NCBI RefSeq assembly: GCF_006345805.1
Contig: NC_043000.1
Coordinates: 86,862,001-86,926,000, forward strand
Reading direction: 5' to 3'
Source of the DNA: Octopus sinensis
Taxonomy: Eukaryota
DNA length: 64,000 nt
Shown here: positions 50,500 to 62,730 of the stretch, one piece after another
Position numbering within the stretch: position 1 is the stretch's first letter
Layout of the letters: every line of letters begins with the position of its first letter
Made by a program: the position numbers and the translations under genes
Notes under the pieces: model-generated
What the model was told of the DNA's origin: nothing
Seen by the model: the letters and a program-made list of their open reading frames with translations, nothing else
Database searches by the model: none

Positions 50500-51200
50500 T
50501 AAGTAGTATTGAAAGTTTCCATAGAATATCAGAAGTGAAAGAATAAATACTGTTATTAATATAGTCTACTGGTCCAGTTAGGGGTACCTTAGGATTTGAA
50601 ATCCATATCATAGACAATTATTTAATTGCATACGTTTCTTATGGATCGCTTATCATTCCTAAATAAGACAGCGATGGTAACCTGAAATCATACTATTAAA
50701 AGGGACACAATTGGTCAGGGGACATAACTCTTGTTATATTTAGGTTAAAATTTCTTAATTATTTCGTTTTTAGATTTGGTTTGCAAGATTCTTTATGTGA
50801 GGTTGTGTGTTGAAGCATATTCTGTTGTGTCTCAGGAGAGTCATTCTCTTTTAGTGCCTTATAACTTAACACACTCACCGGTAAAATTTCCACTCATTTC
50901 CTTTATTTTTCTAAAACTTTCGTTGCGTTATGCAACCTTTTCAATAGTTTTGACTGTCCCTTATTCACACTGCGTTCTTTTTGTTTGTACACGTGTGTGT
51001 GTGTGCATACACATGTATGTACGCATGCCTGTGTGTGCATGCATGTATGTATGTGCATATGTATATATGTGTGTACATTTGCATGTATGTATTCTGCATA
51101 TTCATGTGTTTGCGTTTTTATGTGTACGCGCGCGTGTATGTACCTGTCTCCTTGTGTGTGCATGTCTGAGTGTATGAATTTTTGCAACTATGTACTGTAT
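50500..51200 (-). mobile_element. Penelope-like terminal fragment
   Basis: Minus strand ends in KNEIIKKF*PKYNK (resembles a PLE ORF end); hairpin GTTGC-ataac-GCAAC plus GAAA; same family as 12890-13300. Confidence 0.5.
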
Positions 51201-51499
51201 GTATGTGTATCTCCATATGTGTCCCTGTGTGAAGTAAAGTGTGTATATATATGGTCAAATGTTTCAGTCTTCATTTGTGTATATGTGCTTGTCTGTTCAT
51301 ATAACCTATATATCCAGCCGTCTGTATATTTATGTTTACCTTCATATCCATATGCTTATATACATATATACATACACCCCCACACACACATCTATCTACA
51401 TAGCAGCCGACTAACTATTCTTCTCTACCTGTATAGTCTGTGGGTATGATATCTACTATGTATTTAGTATTGGATAAGTTTCATTTATGATGACATACT

Positions 51500-51740
51500 C
51501 CTGTATTTGTCTGAGTGTTGGTTCCTTTGGGTGCTTGGATAAGATACAGATGTCAAGTTGACCCAGGTTGCCTCCATGTTGGTAGAGTATGGAGGACTGT
51601 TTTTTGTTGTCATATTGTCTCAAATGTTCATTTAGTCGTTCTGCAATGCTCCTAGATGTCTCCCCTATGTGTCATGTTCATGTCTTTACAAGCACCTTCT
51701 ATGCATCTTATGCTGTATACTACATTTCTAGTTCTACAGT
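51500..51740 (-). mobile_element. Penelope-like GIY-YIG endonuclease remnant
   Basis: RNVVYSIRCIEGACKD...(Y)IGETSRSIAERLNEHLRQ read across one frameshift. Further PLE-like decay continues to about 52480. Confidence 0.6.
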
Positions 51741-52577
51741 TAATGCTTATTAAAATTTTAGTAATTTGTAGATGTGTGATTGGTGTATTGGCTAGTTGTA
51801 CTTGTTTGTGTATGCTGCATATATATGCTTGTGCAGTTAGTGTGCATGCTTTGTATGTATGTGTGTCAGACTATTATCGTTGTTACATATTATTTGTAGA
51901 TTGTTAAGACGTGTGTGTAGAAATAATTAATGTAGCTGATTCAGATGGGTATATATTGGTTTGGTGTTGAAATTGTGCGGTTATTCTTCTATATTTTCCT
52001 GCAAGAGGTGGGACTTGATGTAGAAGCATCCTCTGAAGATCTCACTTATTATTCAAGTATATTTTATTGGATTTTAATCCCTGTAATATGCAGAACTTTT
52101 CAGTTAGGCAAAGATCACATTTGTTTGTTTATCTGATATATAGCTTGGACCTATCCTAAATTTACCACTTGATGTTATATAGTATTCCTTTTACTTTCAA
52201 TTCCCAGACTCTGCATCATAAAGGCCACTGATGTCCTCTTTTCTGAATGTTTACCGTACACAATATGTGAACAGTACCTGTTGCTTAAAAACTGTCTTGT
52301 ACCATATTCACATATTTTTCTTCACTCTGGTTGATTTCAAGTGGTGTAAAGTGGTTTCATACAGTATAGATTTCACTTTACATTTTTATTGTAGCAGGTA
52401 GTCATCATTTATTCTGAAGAAACATCTTGGCTTTTCTTCAGATTTGACTTTGTGTGTGATTTTTGACCTCATGGAAAGTCCACAGGAATAGCTGATTTTT
52501 ACTGATTGGCTACTAAATATCTTACTATACTTATGGTGAGGGAGGAAATGCTAATCTATTAGGTTTAAGAAGTTTCT

Positions 52578-52807
52578 TATTTCTTTATTGCCCCACAAGG
52601 GGCTAAACATAGAGGGGACAAACAAGGACAGACGAAGGGAATCGATTACATCGACTCCAGTGCGTAACTGGTACTTAATTTAACGACCCTGAGAGGATGA
52701 AAGGCAAAGTCGACCTTGGCGGAATTTGAACTCAGAACGTAAGGGCAGACGAAATACTGCTAAGCATTTCGCCCGGCGTGCTAACGTTTCTGCCAGCTCA
52801 CCGTCTT
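52578..52807 (-). mobile_element. Young full-length tRNA-derived SINE (family A) with 19-bp TSD
   Basis: TTAGGTTTAAGAAGTTTCT at 52559-52577 and 52808-52826; intact A/B boxes and retained CpGs. Confidence 0.9.
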
Positions 52808-54804
52808 TTAGGTTTAAGAAGTTTCTACTAGTGTTACTCTTAAGAAACAGTGCACTCAAGCACCCAGTTGTTTTGCACAGTGTCCTTCCTCCTTTGACTA
52901 AAACAAAAGAATATATATTTAAGGTATACAGAACAATAGAATGATGCTCAGAGTGAAAGGTAATTTATTTTGAAATGAGCCAATGACAAAAGTAGAGTAC
53001 TCTATTTATTCATATATGATACTCACTGATTGGTGATGAAATCCTGAAAAAAAATCTCTTGTATATAATATGCATTGACTTTTCTTTGGCAATTCAATGT
53101 ATATAAAACAAAACAAAGAAAAAACAAAAGTTTGAAGGCCTGATTAAATATAATTTTATAACAATTCTTCTCATCAGCACAAGGCTGCTAAATTGGAGGG
53201 AAAAGATATTATTTTAGAATGTATTATAACAATTTAAATTGACTGCAATACTTGACTGATACTTTATTTTATTGACTCCCAGATGGATGAAGACCACATC
53301 AACCTTCAGCAGGATTTGAGCTCATAAGGTAAAGGCCAGCTATTTGGGGGCAGGGTAAATTGATCAGGTCAACCCTGGTACTCAACTAGTACTTATTATA
53401 ATCAATCCTGAAAAAGGATGAGTAGCAAAGATGACCTAAGTGGAATTTGAACTGAGAATGTGAAAATAGATGAAATGCCACTAAGCATTTTGGCTGGCAT
53501 GCTAATGATTCTGCTGGCTTGCCACTTTCCTGTAACTAAATATTGTTTCAAGTTTTGACGCAAGGATAGCAATTTTGGGGAAGTGGGTAATTCAGTTACA
53601 TTGACCCCAGTGCTCAACTGGTACTTATTTTATCAACCGTGAAAGGACGAAAGGCAAAGCTGACCTTGCTAACTAAATATTGCAAGGCATTTTGGCCCAA
53701 CTCACTAACAATTTTATCAGTTGATCCAATAACATACTTGCTACCTGACACTTTCTTGTTTTTTTGTTTTTTTATCTGGATTATTATTAGTAGTTAGGTT
53801 TAAATAGGCTTGCATTCTATATGTTCACACTAATTGTTTCTTATGTGGAAAGCATATTTGGGATACCTATTAGCAAAAATGATTAGTTTTAGAATTTGTA
53901 TTGATGTGAACATTTTTTTATAGAGTACAAAATGACAGGGAAATAATTTCACTCTAGAGTAAAAAGTCTAGAGTGTAGTCTCTTTGTATTTCAGAGAACT
54001 TACTTCAACGGAAAACATTAACTTTTTTTCGTAGCTAGGAAAAAATTAGAGCCAAAATTAAATGAATACAATTAAAGACCATGTGAATGAAGTATAAGGT
54101 AGAGAAGAAAAACAATTCAATCCCTTAAAAATCCATTATTAACATTGATGTCCCTTTAATATTCGTTTCAAGTATTTTTTCATATGAATTGAATTAAGAA
54201 ATTATTTGAAACCCAGTCGAGGTGGATTGATGAATTGATTGAGAGTCGGATAAAATAACTTAAGGTATTAAGTTACGTCCATTTATAAACTGAATTTAAA
54301 TGCAGCTGAAGTCAAGTTTGCCTTTCGTTCCCATCCAGGGTTGGTAAAGATAAAGTGTTACTCAAATAGAGAAAATTCGACTGATATTCATATAAAGCAA
54401 CTTTATAAAGCATATGAACGAAATATTAAAAGTGTTCGGCGATTTTTAAAGATATGAAACGGCTTTTTTTCTCCCTACACATTTAAAATAGTGTCTGCAA
54501 ATAGCATAAAAATAACAACTTTATAACATTACGTTGCATTGTTTTTAATATTCATTAAAAACGATTTTATTCAGAACAAGTGACTTCAGTACAGACTGGA
54601 AGGCAAATTTAAAATATCAATTATTTCCCTTAGTTCACCTTTTTTAAAATAGGTAATTATTTAGTGTGGACCGCTTTGAAATTTATCTGGTTCCGTTTGT
54701 ATATTTACATGTTTAATATTTTGTTTATAGTATTTGGTTTACAATATTCTGTCAACTAATTAGCTCTTACAATGAAACTTTAAAACAATTTTAACATAAG
54801 AAAC

Positions 54805-55149
54805 ATGTCTGAACGTGGCGTTGGCAGCTCATCGTTTTGGGAGAGTCAAAATTACTACGGTCGATCGGGTGTTCCTTGTGGTCATCCTCGTCGCTACGAT
54901 AGCGGTAATGTTGTACGTTTACCCTCTGACTCTCGGACCAAACTCACCAACAAATACGATCAAAATACAGAGACAGAAGAAGAACAACAGATTAAATACT
55001 TAGCACAAAAGCAACTTGATACTAAACTGACAAAGGAGCAGTACATGTCTCATCAGCGAACTTTCGTTGAAAAGGTCCTTTATAAACCAAAAACAGCTGA
55101 ATTGAAAGGAATCTGCTCTTTGGACTCTTTTAATAAAATTCAGAAGCAG
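54805..55149 (+). CDS. RBM41: RNA-binding motif protein 41, exon 1
   Basis: ETEEEQQIKYLAQKQLDTKLTKEQYMSHQRTFVEKVLYKP...GICSLDSF vs human ETEGERQLKSLLQHQLDTSVSIEECMSKKESFAPGTMYKP...GTMTLSQF. Donor CAG|GTAATA, phase 0. Confidence 0.82.
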
Positions 55150-55646
55150 GTAATACATTTAGATATTACAATTACTAAAATATTGTGTTGCACAATTACT
55201 CATGTATACAAAAATTGTGACCGTAAAAGGGGTGCATTCATTCGGCCAGATCAAAATGGTCCCAATACTCTTGAAACACTGTATTAACAGAGTATGTATT
55301 TTATCGAATTTAAAGTAACGAAAACGAAGAAGAAAACATTACTTCATAAATTTGATCAGTATTTAGGTCGTTTTTCTCTGACTAATTTAAAGCATTTCAG
55401 TGTTTGGAAAGCCTTAATCCAGATACTCTGCTACCAAAGAAAACAAAGAACGGTCAAATGCATACCATCTGCAACAGTGTTCAATGTTGATAGGTTGTAT
55501 TGTGATTGGAGTTCGATGTGGCTACTATTTTCTGCAGGTTATGCAACTTCCGTAGAGCTGGGGTTGAGAACTTTTTTGCATCTACAGGACTCATCGCCCT
55601 TTTTTTAATTGAGTGGATAGTGGGCCGGGTACTACTTAAGAAAAGT

Positions 55647-57484
55647 GGTTAATATAGGGCGTAACAAATATCAGAAAATCAAAAAAAAAATGTGTGTAAT
55701 AGGTGTAAAACAACTTCCTATGAACGAATATGAAAAAAAAAATTCGCGCACGCGAAAGGGGGGTGGGGGAGAGGCCTCGGAAAATTCACATCGGGAAGTT
55801 CCGAAAGCGTCTGAGGGGCTGACCCGGACACCAAAACAAAAAAAAAAATAGTGTAATATGTGTAAAACAACTTGCTCTAAACGAATATGAAAAAAAAATG
55901 CGCTCTCGAGAAAGAGGGGTGGGGGAGAGGCCTCGGAATATTTATATCGGGAATTTCCGAAAGCGTCTGAACCGGGCACAAAAACAAAAACAAAAACAGC
56001 GTAATAGGTGTAAAACAACTTGCTCTAAACGACTATCATGAAAAAAATGCGCGCTCGCGAAAGGGGGGTGGGGGAGAGGCTTCGGAAATTTCACATCTTC
56101 AGTCCACGGCCTTTAAACTAAGAAAAAATAGTGTAATTGGTGTAAAACTACTTGTTCTAAACGAGTATCAAGAACACACACTCACACATGAATCATAAAC
56201 TCCGTATTTCGCAAAAAAAAAAAATAAAGAGAAGAAATTCTGGAAAAAGTGAAGAAATGTTGGATCTCCGCCATGTGAATCAAAATACGTGTCAGAAACA
56301 TCTTGAAATACTACAGAAATTATGTTACGAAAATGATAATGTATACATACCTCTTTGAGTGGTCCATCGATAATGATGATAAAGAAATGAGTTGGATTTG
56401 AACTCAGAATATTGACTAACACAACTACATACTACAAGACTCAAAATATTCAGCCAAGTCACCACCCTTTAACTAGCAATAATAATAACATCAATAACAT
56501 AACAGCCAAAAGATTTATTTGTTCTGAAAATAACAATCATAGTAAATAAATATGTTCTTTAATATTCACATTCATGTGCACAGTTAAACACACTTACATA
56601 CAAACAGTCACGCATGCATAATACAGAACGGAACACATAAATGAAGGATGCATTACTTAGTATATATTACATCTAGAGAATTTTGATTAATAAGTCAAAT
56701 ATGCAAATTATAAAGATAATTAATTGCTTTACTAAACAGTGTTGTAAAGGTGAAAAAATAAATTTGGGAAAAAAATACACGCCAAAACTAATTAATAAAG
56801 GATAATTAGGGAAGGATTGACACAAAATAATAATTTTTTCTGTCTCTTTTTTTCTGATAAATGCATCTTAATAAGTGAGAAGAATTGCATATATCTGAAC
56901 TATTTCAAAGAAAAGCATAAATTTAATGTTTAAAATAGCTTTAACCAAGGAATGAGATCCAACATTTCTTCACTTTTTCCAGAATTTCTTCTCTTTATTT
57001 TTTTTTTTTGCGAAATACGGAGTTTATGATTCATGTGTGAGTGTGTGTTCTTGATACTCGTTTAGAACAAGTAGTTTTACACCAATTACACTATTTTTTC
57101 TTAGTTTAAAGGCCGTGGACTGAAGATGTGAAATTTCCGAAGCCTCTCCCCCACCCCCCTTTCGCGAGCGCGCATTTTTTTCATGATAGTCGTTTAGAGC
57201 AAGTTGTTTTACACCTATTACGCTGTTTTTGTTTTTGTTTTTGTGCCCGGTTCAGACGCTTTCGGAAATTCCCGATATAAATATTCCGAGGCCTCTCCCC
57301 CACCCCTCTTTCGCGAGAGCGCATTTTTTTTTGTCATATTCGTTTAGAGCAAGTTGTTTTACACATATTACACTATTTTTTTTTTGTTTTGGTGCCCGGG
57401 TCAGCTCCTCAGACGCTTTCGGAACTTCCCGATGTGAATTTTCCGAGGCCTCTCCCCCACCCCCCTTTCGCGTGTATATTAACC
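55647..57484. mobile_element. Foldback-like non-autonomous DNA transposon (1838 bp) with about 520-bp internally repetitive inverted arms and 8-bp TSD
   Basis: AGAAAAGT|GGTTAATATA ... TATATTAACC|AGAAAAGT (TSD 55639-55646 and 57485-57492). Arms 55749-56268 and 56954-57474 are nearly identical and built of about 150-bp G-rich subunits. Confidence 0.85.
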
Positions 57485-58170
57485 AGAAAAGTGAACCCGA
57501 CGCGCACCCACGCCAGTAAGTAGACGGACGCGCGTACATGCGCAAGTCAGTGGCACCCCCAATAAAAAAAATCGCCTCCACATGTATAAATGTATAAACA
57601 GTAAATCGGGGGTAGGGGGAATTTGTGTACTCCCATCATACTCTTGAATCGGCGTTTTGCATTTTTCCAGTAACATTCAACTGAATTTCTTTGGAGGGAA
57701 AAATGTGTGGAAAATGGGGATGAATGTTTTCAGAACATTCTAAGACAACTTTCAGAATAGTTCACTTTTGAATAACGTTTTATCTCATTATTTTCACTTT
57801 CCTTTATGACTACTTTTGAGTAAGATTCTATTTCAAAATTTGTTTTATTTTCACTTTTATTTGTAATTATTGGATCTTTACCTTTTGACCGACAGATTTA
57901 AAAAATAATTTTTTGTAACTAAACACTTTCAAACTTCGGACACTGGTAGAATGTGTCATATAAAACATCTTCTACTCTTAGCATTTTTGAGAAAAAACTT
58001 ATATTTACGAAGTTAAAGTTGTCCTATTTTGGTAATTTCAACCAATCAATGACGTGTATTCAGCTGAATAAAATTACTGTTGTTTACCAAGTGTGTGTTT
58101 TGTTATATTATTTTACACCAACTATTAATGTACACTTTTAAACTGATGTCTAATATTTCTCTCTTTTAAG

Positions 58171-59079
58171 GATGAGGAACTTGAATTTCTTCGGCAATGT
58201 GGTTTGTCTGAAGATGAGATCTGTCTCAAGAAAGAACATGATTCTGCTGCAGAAGAAATACCAGCCCAGAAACGGAGCAGATATGGTATGAACCCTAGTG
58301 TACAAAAAGAAATTATACAGAATATAAATGAAAAAATAAATGAGAAAAAAGCTAATTCTAAAATTCCTAATTCATTTAATGGGGCACGCAATATAAGCCG
58401 ACTTCGGATGGAATTGGAGAATGCTGTTAGAACTAACAAAACCTCTCTAATGAACTGTTTAATTACCACAAAGACCAAAGACACTGATGTATGTGAAGAA
58501 CACCCTATTAATCAGTTAAAAGATATTTCTGATAGTTTGTTGACTAAAAAACGCAAAATCCATTCTCCAGTAAAGAATGGCACTTTCGACAAAACAGAGA
58601 CTGATGACACAGAAATAAAGTCAGAAAATATCTCCAAGGGTGTCGAAACATTACCAGAAGAAAATCACACAGTCAATCAGGTTTCATCTGATGAAAATTC
58701 CAAAAGCTTAGGTCTTACACATATCGAAGATGAAGTGCAACCTATTTCAAAAGAATTGATTTCCAAAAACTGTATTTCAACAGAAGAAATTCTTTTAATC
58801 AGTAGATTCAAAGAATATCATCCTGGCGAAAAAAATAATACTTTATATTTGAAAAATCTTTCTAAAAAAGTGACTGAATATGATCTGATGAAACTTTTTC
58901 TTCACTTTCAAACAGAAAAATTTCCCATTCAGTATAAATTGCTCTCTGGTAAAATGCGAGGACAAGCATTTATAACTTTTGAAACTGCACACATTGCAGA
59001 AGAAGCATTAGAACTGGTTAACGGTTATGTCTTGAAAGGTAAACCTATTATCATACAATATGGGAAAAGGCAATTTTAA
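58171..59079 (+). CDS. RBM41: RBM41 exon 2 (C-terminal RRM)
   Basis: ttttaag|GAT GAG GAA...; DEELEFLRQCGLSEDEI vs human DQETASLRELGLNETEI. RRM PGEKNNTLYLKNLSKKVTEYDL..LF..FQ...GKMRGQAFITF...ALELVNGYVLKGKPIIIQYGK is closer to RBM41 than to RNPC3. Confidence 0.92.
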   Translation, partial: DEELEFLRQCGLSEDEICLKKEHDSAAEEIPAQKRSRYGMNPSVQKEIIQNINEKINEKKANSKIPNSFNGARNISRLRMELENAVRTNKTSLMNCLITTKTKDTDVCEEHPINQLKDISDSLLTKKRKIHSPVKNGTFDKTETDDTEIKSENISKGVETLPEENHTVNQVSSDENSKSLGLTHIEDEVQPISKELISKNCISTEEILLISRFKEYHPGEKNNTLYLKNLSKKVTEYDLMKLFLHFQTEKFPIQYKLLSGKMRGQAFITFETAHIAEEALELVNGYVLKGKPIIIQYGKRQF

Positions 59080-60559
59080 TTTATTTTCCTAAAAGACAAA
59101 TATACTTAATTTATTTTGTAAAATATTAAAATAAAAATAAATAAATCTAATATATTTTAAAGGCTTGTTATACATCAACATCATGTCATATAACCCTGGT
59201 AGTAATGGAGGTGCTTGTTGTGGTGGTAGTGAGGGCAGCAGCAGGTGGTTTCTACTATAGTGCTGGACCAGCTAAAGCCTTGTGAGCAGATTTGGTATGA
59301 AAGAAGTGTGTGTGTGTGTCTCCTTGTTTTTTTATTGCATTAAAATTGTGAAGAAGCATCACCGTCATACAATTTCCAATATTCTGCAAAAACATGTCTG
59401 GCCATGGGGATATATATTACCTTGTTTGGAAACACATGAGGATTTGCAACTGGAATGTCATCCAGTTGTAGAAAATCTGCCTCACAGAATTCAGTCTGAC
59501 CCATGCAAGTATGGGAATATGGATGTTAAAATGATGATAATGTTGTTTCAAGCCAAAGAGGAATTCTGCATAGTTGCCACTTTAACATGCTGTAGGCCTT
59601 ACCATTTACACTTTAGCATGCAAACTAACTCCAAACCTTAATCCTAATGTAGATCAGGTCATTTCACAATGTAGAATACAGATAGAGTGGTAGACCATAT
59701 ACTGAAGTAGCACCCCTGTAATTCTGAACTCTTTTGCTTTCATCTATCTCCACTCAGCTTGATGAGCAAACGAACTGGGGGTGAGGAGAGGACTTTTGGA
59801 AAATTCACATGATCTGATTTTTTTCCCTCATAACTTTCAGAAAAATGGATATCTTTTAATGAAATTTTATTTAAGTACCTTTCAAACAGCATAGATTACA
59901 ATTAAAGGGGCAGGAAGAGGATTTTTGGAAAATTCACACAATCTGATTTTTTCCCTCATAACTTTCAGGAAAATGGGTATCTTTTAATAAAAGTTTATAC
60001 AAATACTTTTCAAATGGCTTAGATTACAATTATAAAGAAATTTGTGGGGAAAAAATTTTCTGAGGGGGTGGGGAGAGGAATTTCAGATCAAAAAGACCAC
60101 ATAAGTTGGAAGTTCTTTGTTTTGACGGGGATTTTTCCAATTGTTTTTCACCACAGCTTCGAAATGATGGGGAGCATCTTTTTATGAGAAAACAGTTTCG
60201 GAAATTTATGATTTTTTTTTTTACTCTCCTAATTTTAATAGCATACTTTTCTGTTAGAAAAAAAAATCTTATTGCATTAATTCCATTACGCAAGAAGAAA
60301 GAATAGAAAAAAATTTGTGAAAATTCTTAAAAATAAAAAAAAAATTACGGGTGGTCTTAGTGCGTGCTTACATTAGAACTCCACCAGCTTGTGTGAGTTG
60401 AACTATGGAAAATGTCAACAATGATGTTTGTTGTGGTTCGTTATGGTAGGATGGTTTAATTAAAGCCAGGTAGATTGGGTCTTCTTTAGGTAAATCCATG
60501 ATCAGAAAGGATGATTAGGTAGTACAGCATGATGAAAGGAAAAGAATGGTTATGCAATA

Positions 60560-60957
60560 CTCCATATTGCAGGAAAATGGATGCTAGCAGTTCCAAAGTT
60601 GTGCAAATACTGAGAGGAGGAATAAATAATACATTCTGGTGAGAGAAAAGATAGATAGGTAAGGGGTTTGTATCAAATATAGATATATACTGTTTAGTAT
60701 ATTGAGGGGTATTCACTCCAGAGAGAAAATGAATGCTAGCAGTTCCAGAGTTGTGCAAATACCAAGAGGAGGAGTAAGTAATACATTCTGGTAGGAGAAA
60801 AGATAGGTAGGTAAGAGCATTGTATTAGATATACACTGTTCAGTATATTGAGGGTATCCAGTCCAGAGAGAAGGGGGAGGAATAAATAAATAATACACTC
60901 TAGTATGAGAAAGACACGTAGATAACTAGATAAGGGCATTACAGTAGATATATACTG
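60560..60957. repeat. About 152-bp diverged tandem repeat (about 2.6 copies)
   Basis: ATGCTAGCAGTTCC at 60581 and 60733, then a partial third unit. Confidence 0.7.
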
Positions 60958-61148
60958 GCCCCCGTGCCGGTGGCATGTAAAAAGCACCCACTACACTCTC
61001 GGAGTGGTTGGCATTAGGAAGGGCATCAAGCTGTAGAAACTCTGCCAAATCAAGATTGGAGCCTGGTGCAACCATCTGGTTTGCCAGCCCTCAGTCAAAA
61101 TCGTCCAACCCATGCTAGCATGGAAAGCGGATGTTAAACGATGATGAT
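60958..61148 (+). mobile_element. RTE 3'-UTR-derived retroposon with 11-bp TSD. Other copies of this tail at about 14160, 23700, 34560, 46470 and 47610
   Basis: GATATATACTG at 60947-60957 and 61149-61159; (TGA)n tail. Confidence 0.85.
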
Positions 61149-61694
61149 GATATATACTGTTGAGGGGTATTATTGTCTAGGAAAATTAGAGGAAGTGAGT
61201 GCAAGGGCAGGTAAAGTGGCATTCCCATCCAAAGAAATTAGGATGGGGGCAAATTAGGACAGACAAATAAGGGCAGAAATAACATAAGGCAGATGCCAGA
61301 CCTATAGGGCTGGGTATCAATGTAGGTAATAAAGTGGACATAAAGATAATAGACAAGTCTATAGTGGGTGGAAATATTTTACTAGAGGGGGTATGTAGGG
61401 TTGACTTGCCACTAAGAAAAGCTAGAAATAGATGTCAACTAGTAAAGAAAAGATTAAAAATAAAAAAACTAAGGTTAAGACAATGTTATAAAAGTAAAAT
61501 AAAATAAATAAAAAATAATTAATGTTAAAATAAAGTTGATGCTTAAAATTAAAAGTAAGAAATGAGCATCTATAGTGCTAATGAAGATATATTGTTAATG
61601 AGGCCTACAGAAGAACTATGGGCCTAAGGAATCTATGTATATATGGAGAGAAGGTTTAGTGCTGTTCATTTCCTTGTACTTATTCTTAGTGCAA

Positions 61695-62165
61695 GTTTTG
61701 AAAAGTGCAGTTCGATTTTAACAGCTAATTTTTCAAAGCTATAATGAGTGACAAAGGAGCATATTCAGCATATTTTGTTTTATGAATTCAATAAAGGCAA
61801 CAATGCAACGGAAAGTGTGAGGAATATTAATGCAGTATATGGGGATTGGACAATAAGCATAAACCAGTGTCAACAGTAGTTCCAGAAACTACAGCCTAGA
61901 AGACAAGCCTTGTCCTGGAAGATCTGTAGAGCTTAAAGAGGGCATTCTGCAAACCCTGTTGGAACAAAATCCTATCATAATTGTTGAGGAACTAGCAGAG
62001 AAGCTTGAATTTGGTCATTCAATCATTCATCAATACCTACATTAGAAGAGCATTGTAGAAAATGAAGGAGAGTATATTTTAGATTAAAAAAGAACTTTGT
62101 TTATCTTAATTTTGAAAAATAAAAGTAGTATAAAAAAACTGTATTATTTATGGGTTTACCCAATA
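61695..62165 (+). mobile_element. Internally deleted mariner element (N-terminal HTH region plus right end)
   Basis: EHIQHILFYEFNKGNNATESVRNINAVYG...SLEDKPCPGRS...EELAEKL...HS.IH.YL, then VENEGEYILD* and the terminal ...TTACCCAATA|TA. Confidence 0.8.
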
Positions 62166-62489
62166 TATAAATATATATATATACATTAGGCTTGGGTATA
62201 CACCTGATGCTATGCCATTCCAAACTACAAAACCCTGTTTTCAATCAGCTACAGGCAAATAACAAAATGCATTATAATTGAACCAAGTGAAACCAAGTTT
62301 ATTGAGCGAGGTACCTTTTGAAAAGTCACCTGATGAGACCCGTCTGCTCCGAAGGATGCACCACAGCTAATTGTCCAGAATCTCACCTGTGAGAGACTGA
62401 TGTACGATTGGTTGAAATGATCATTGTGATTAATAAAGAATCTCATGAATTCCATTTTCTCTTCCTCTCATTTGTTATGTATATATATA

Positions 62490-62730
62490 GAGGTGCGTGG
62501 CTTAGTGGTTAGGGTGTCAGCATCATGATCGTAAGATTGTGGTTTCGATTCCTGGACCGGGCGACGTGTTGTGTTCTTGAGCAAAACACTTCATTTCACG
62601 TTGCTCTAGTCCACTCAGCTGGCAAAAATGAGTAATGCTGCAATGGACTGGCGTCCTGTCCAGCTGGGGAACACATACGCCATAGAAACCGGGCCCATGA
62701 GCCTGGCTTGGCTTTAAAAAGGGCACATTT
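62490..62730 (+). mobile_element. tRNA-derived SINE, family D. Other copies at about 22685-22830, 25245-25870, 28085-28300 and 48805-48945
   Basis: GCGTGGCTTAGTGGTTAGGG A-box, GGTTTCGATTCC B-box, and GAGCAAAACACTTCATTTCACGTTGCT body. Confidence 0.8.

Noticed and set aside
55150-55287. Extension of the ORF 54805-55287 beyond residue 115
   Set aside because: Similarity to RBM41 stops at the CAG|GTAATA donor and resumes in frame at 58171, so the extension is intron read-through.
58204-59079. Assignment as RNPC3 (U11/U12-65K)
   Set aside because: Only one C-terminal RRM, and both the RRM residues and the N-terminal region match RBM41 better.
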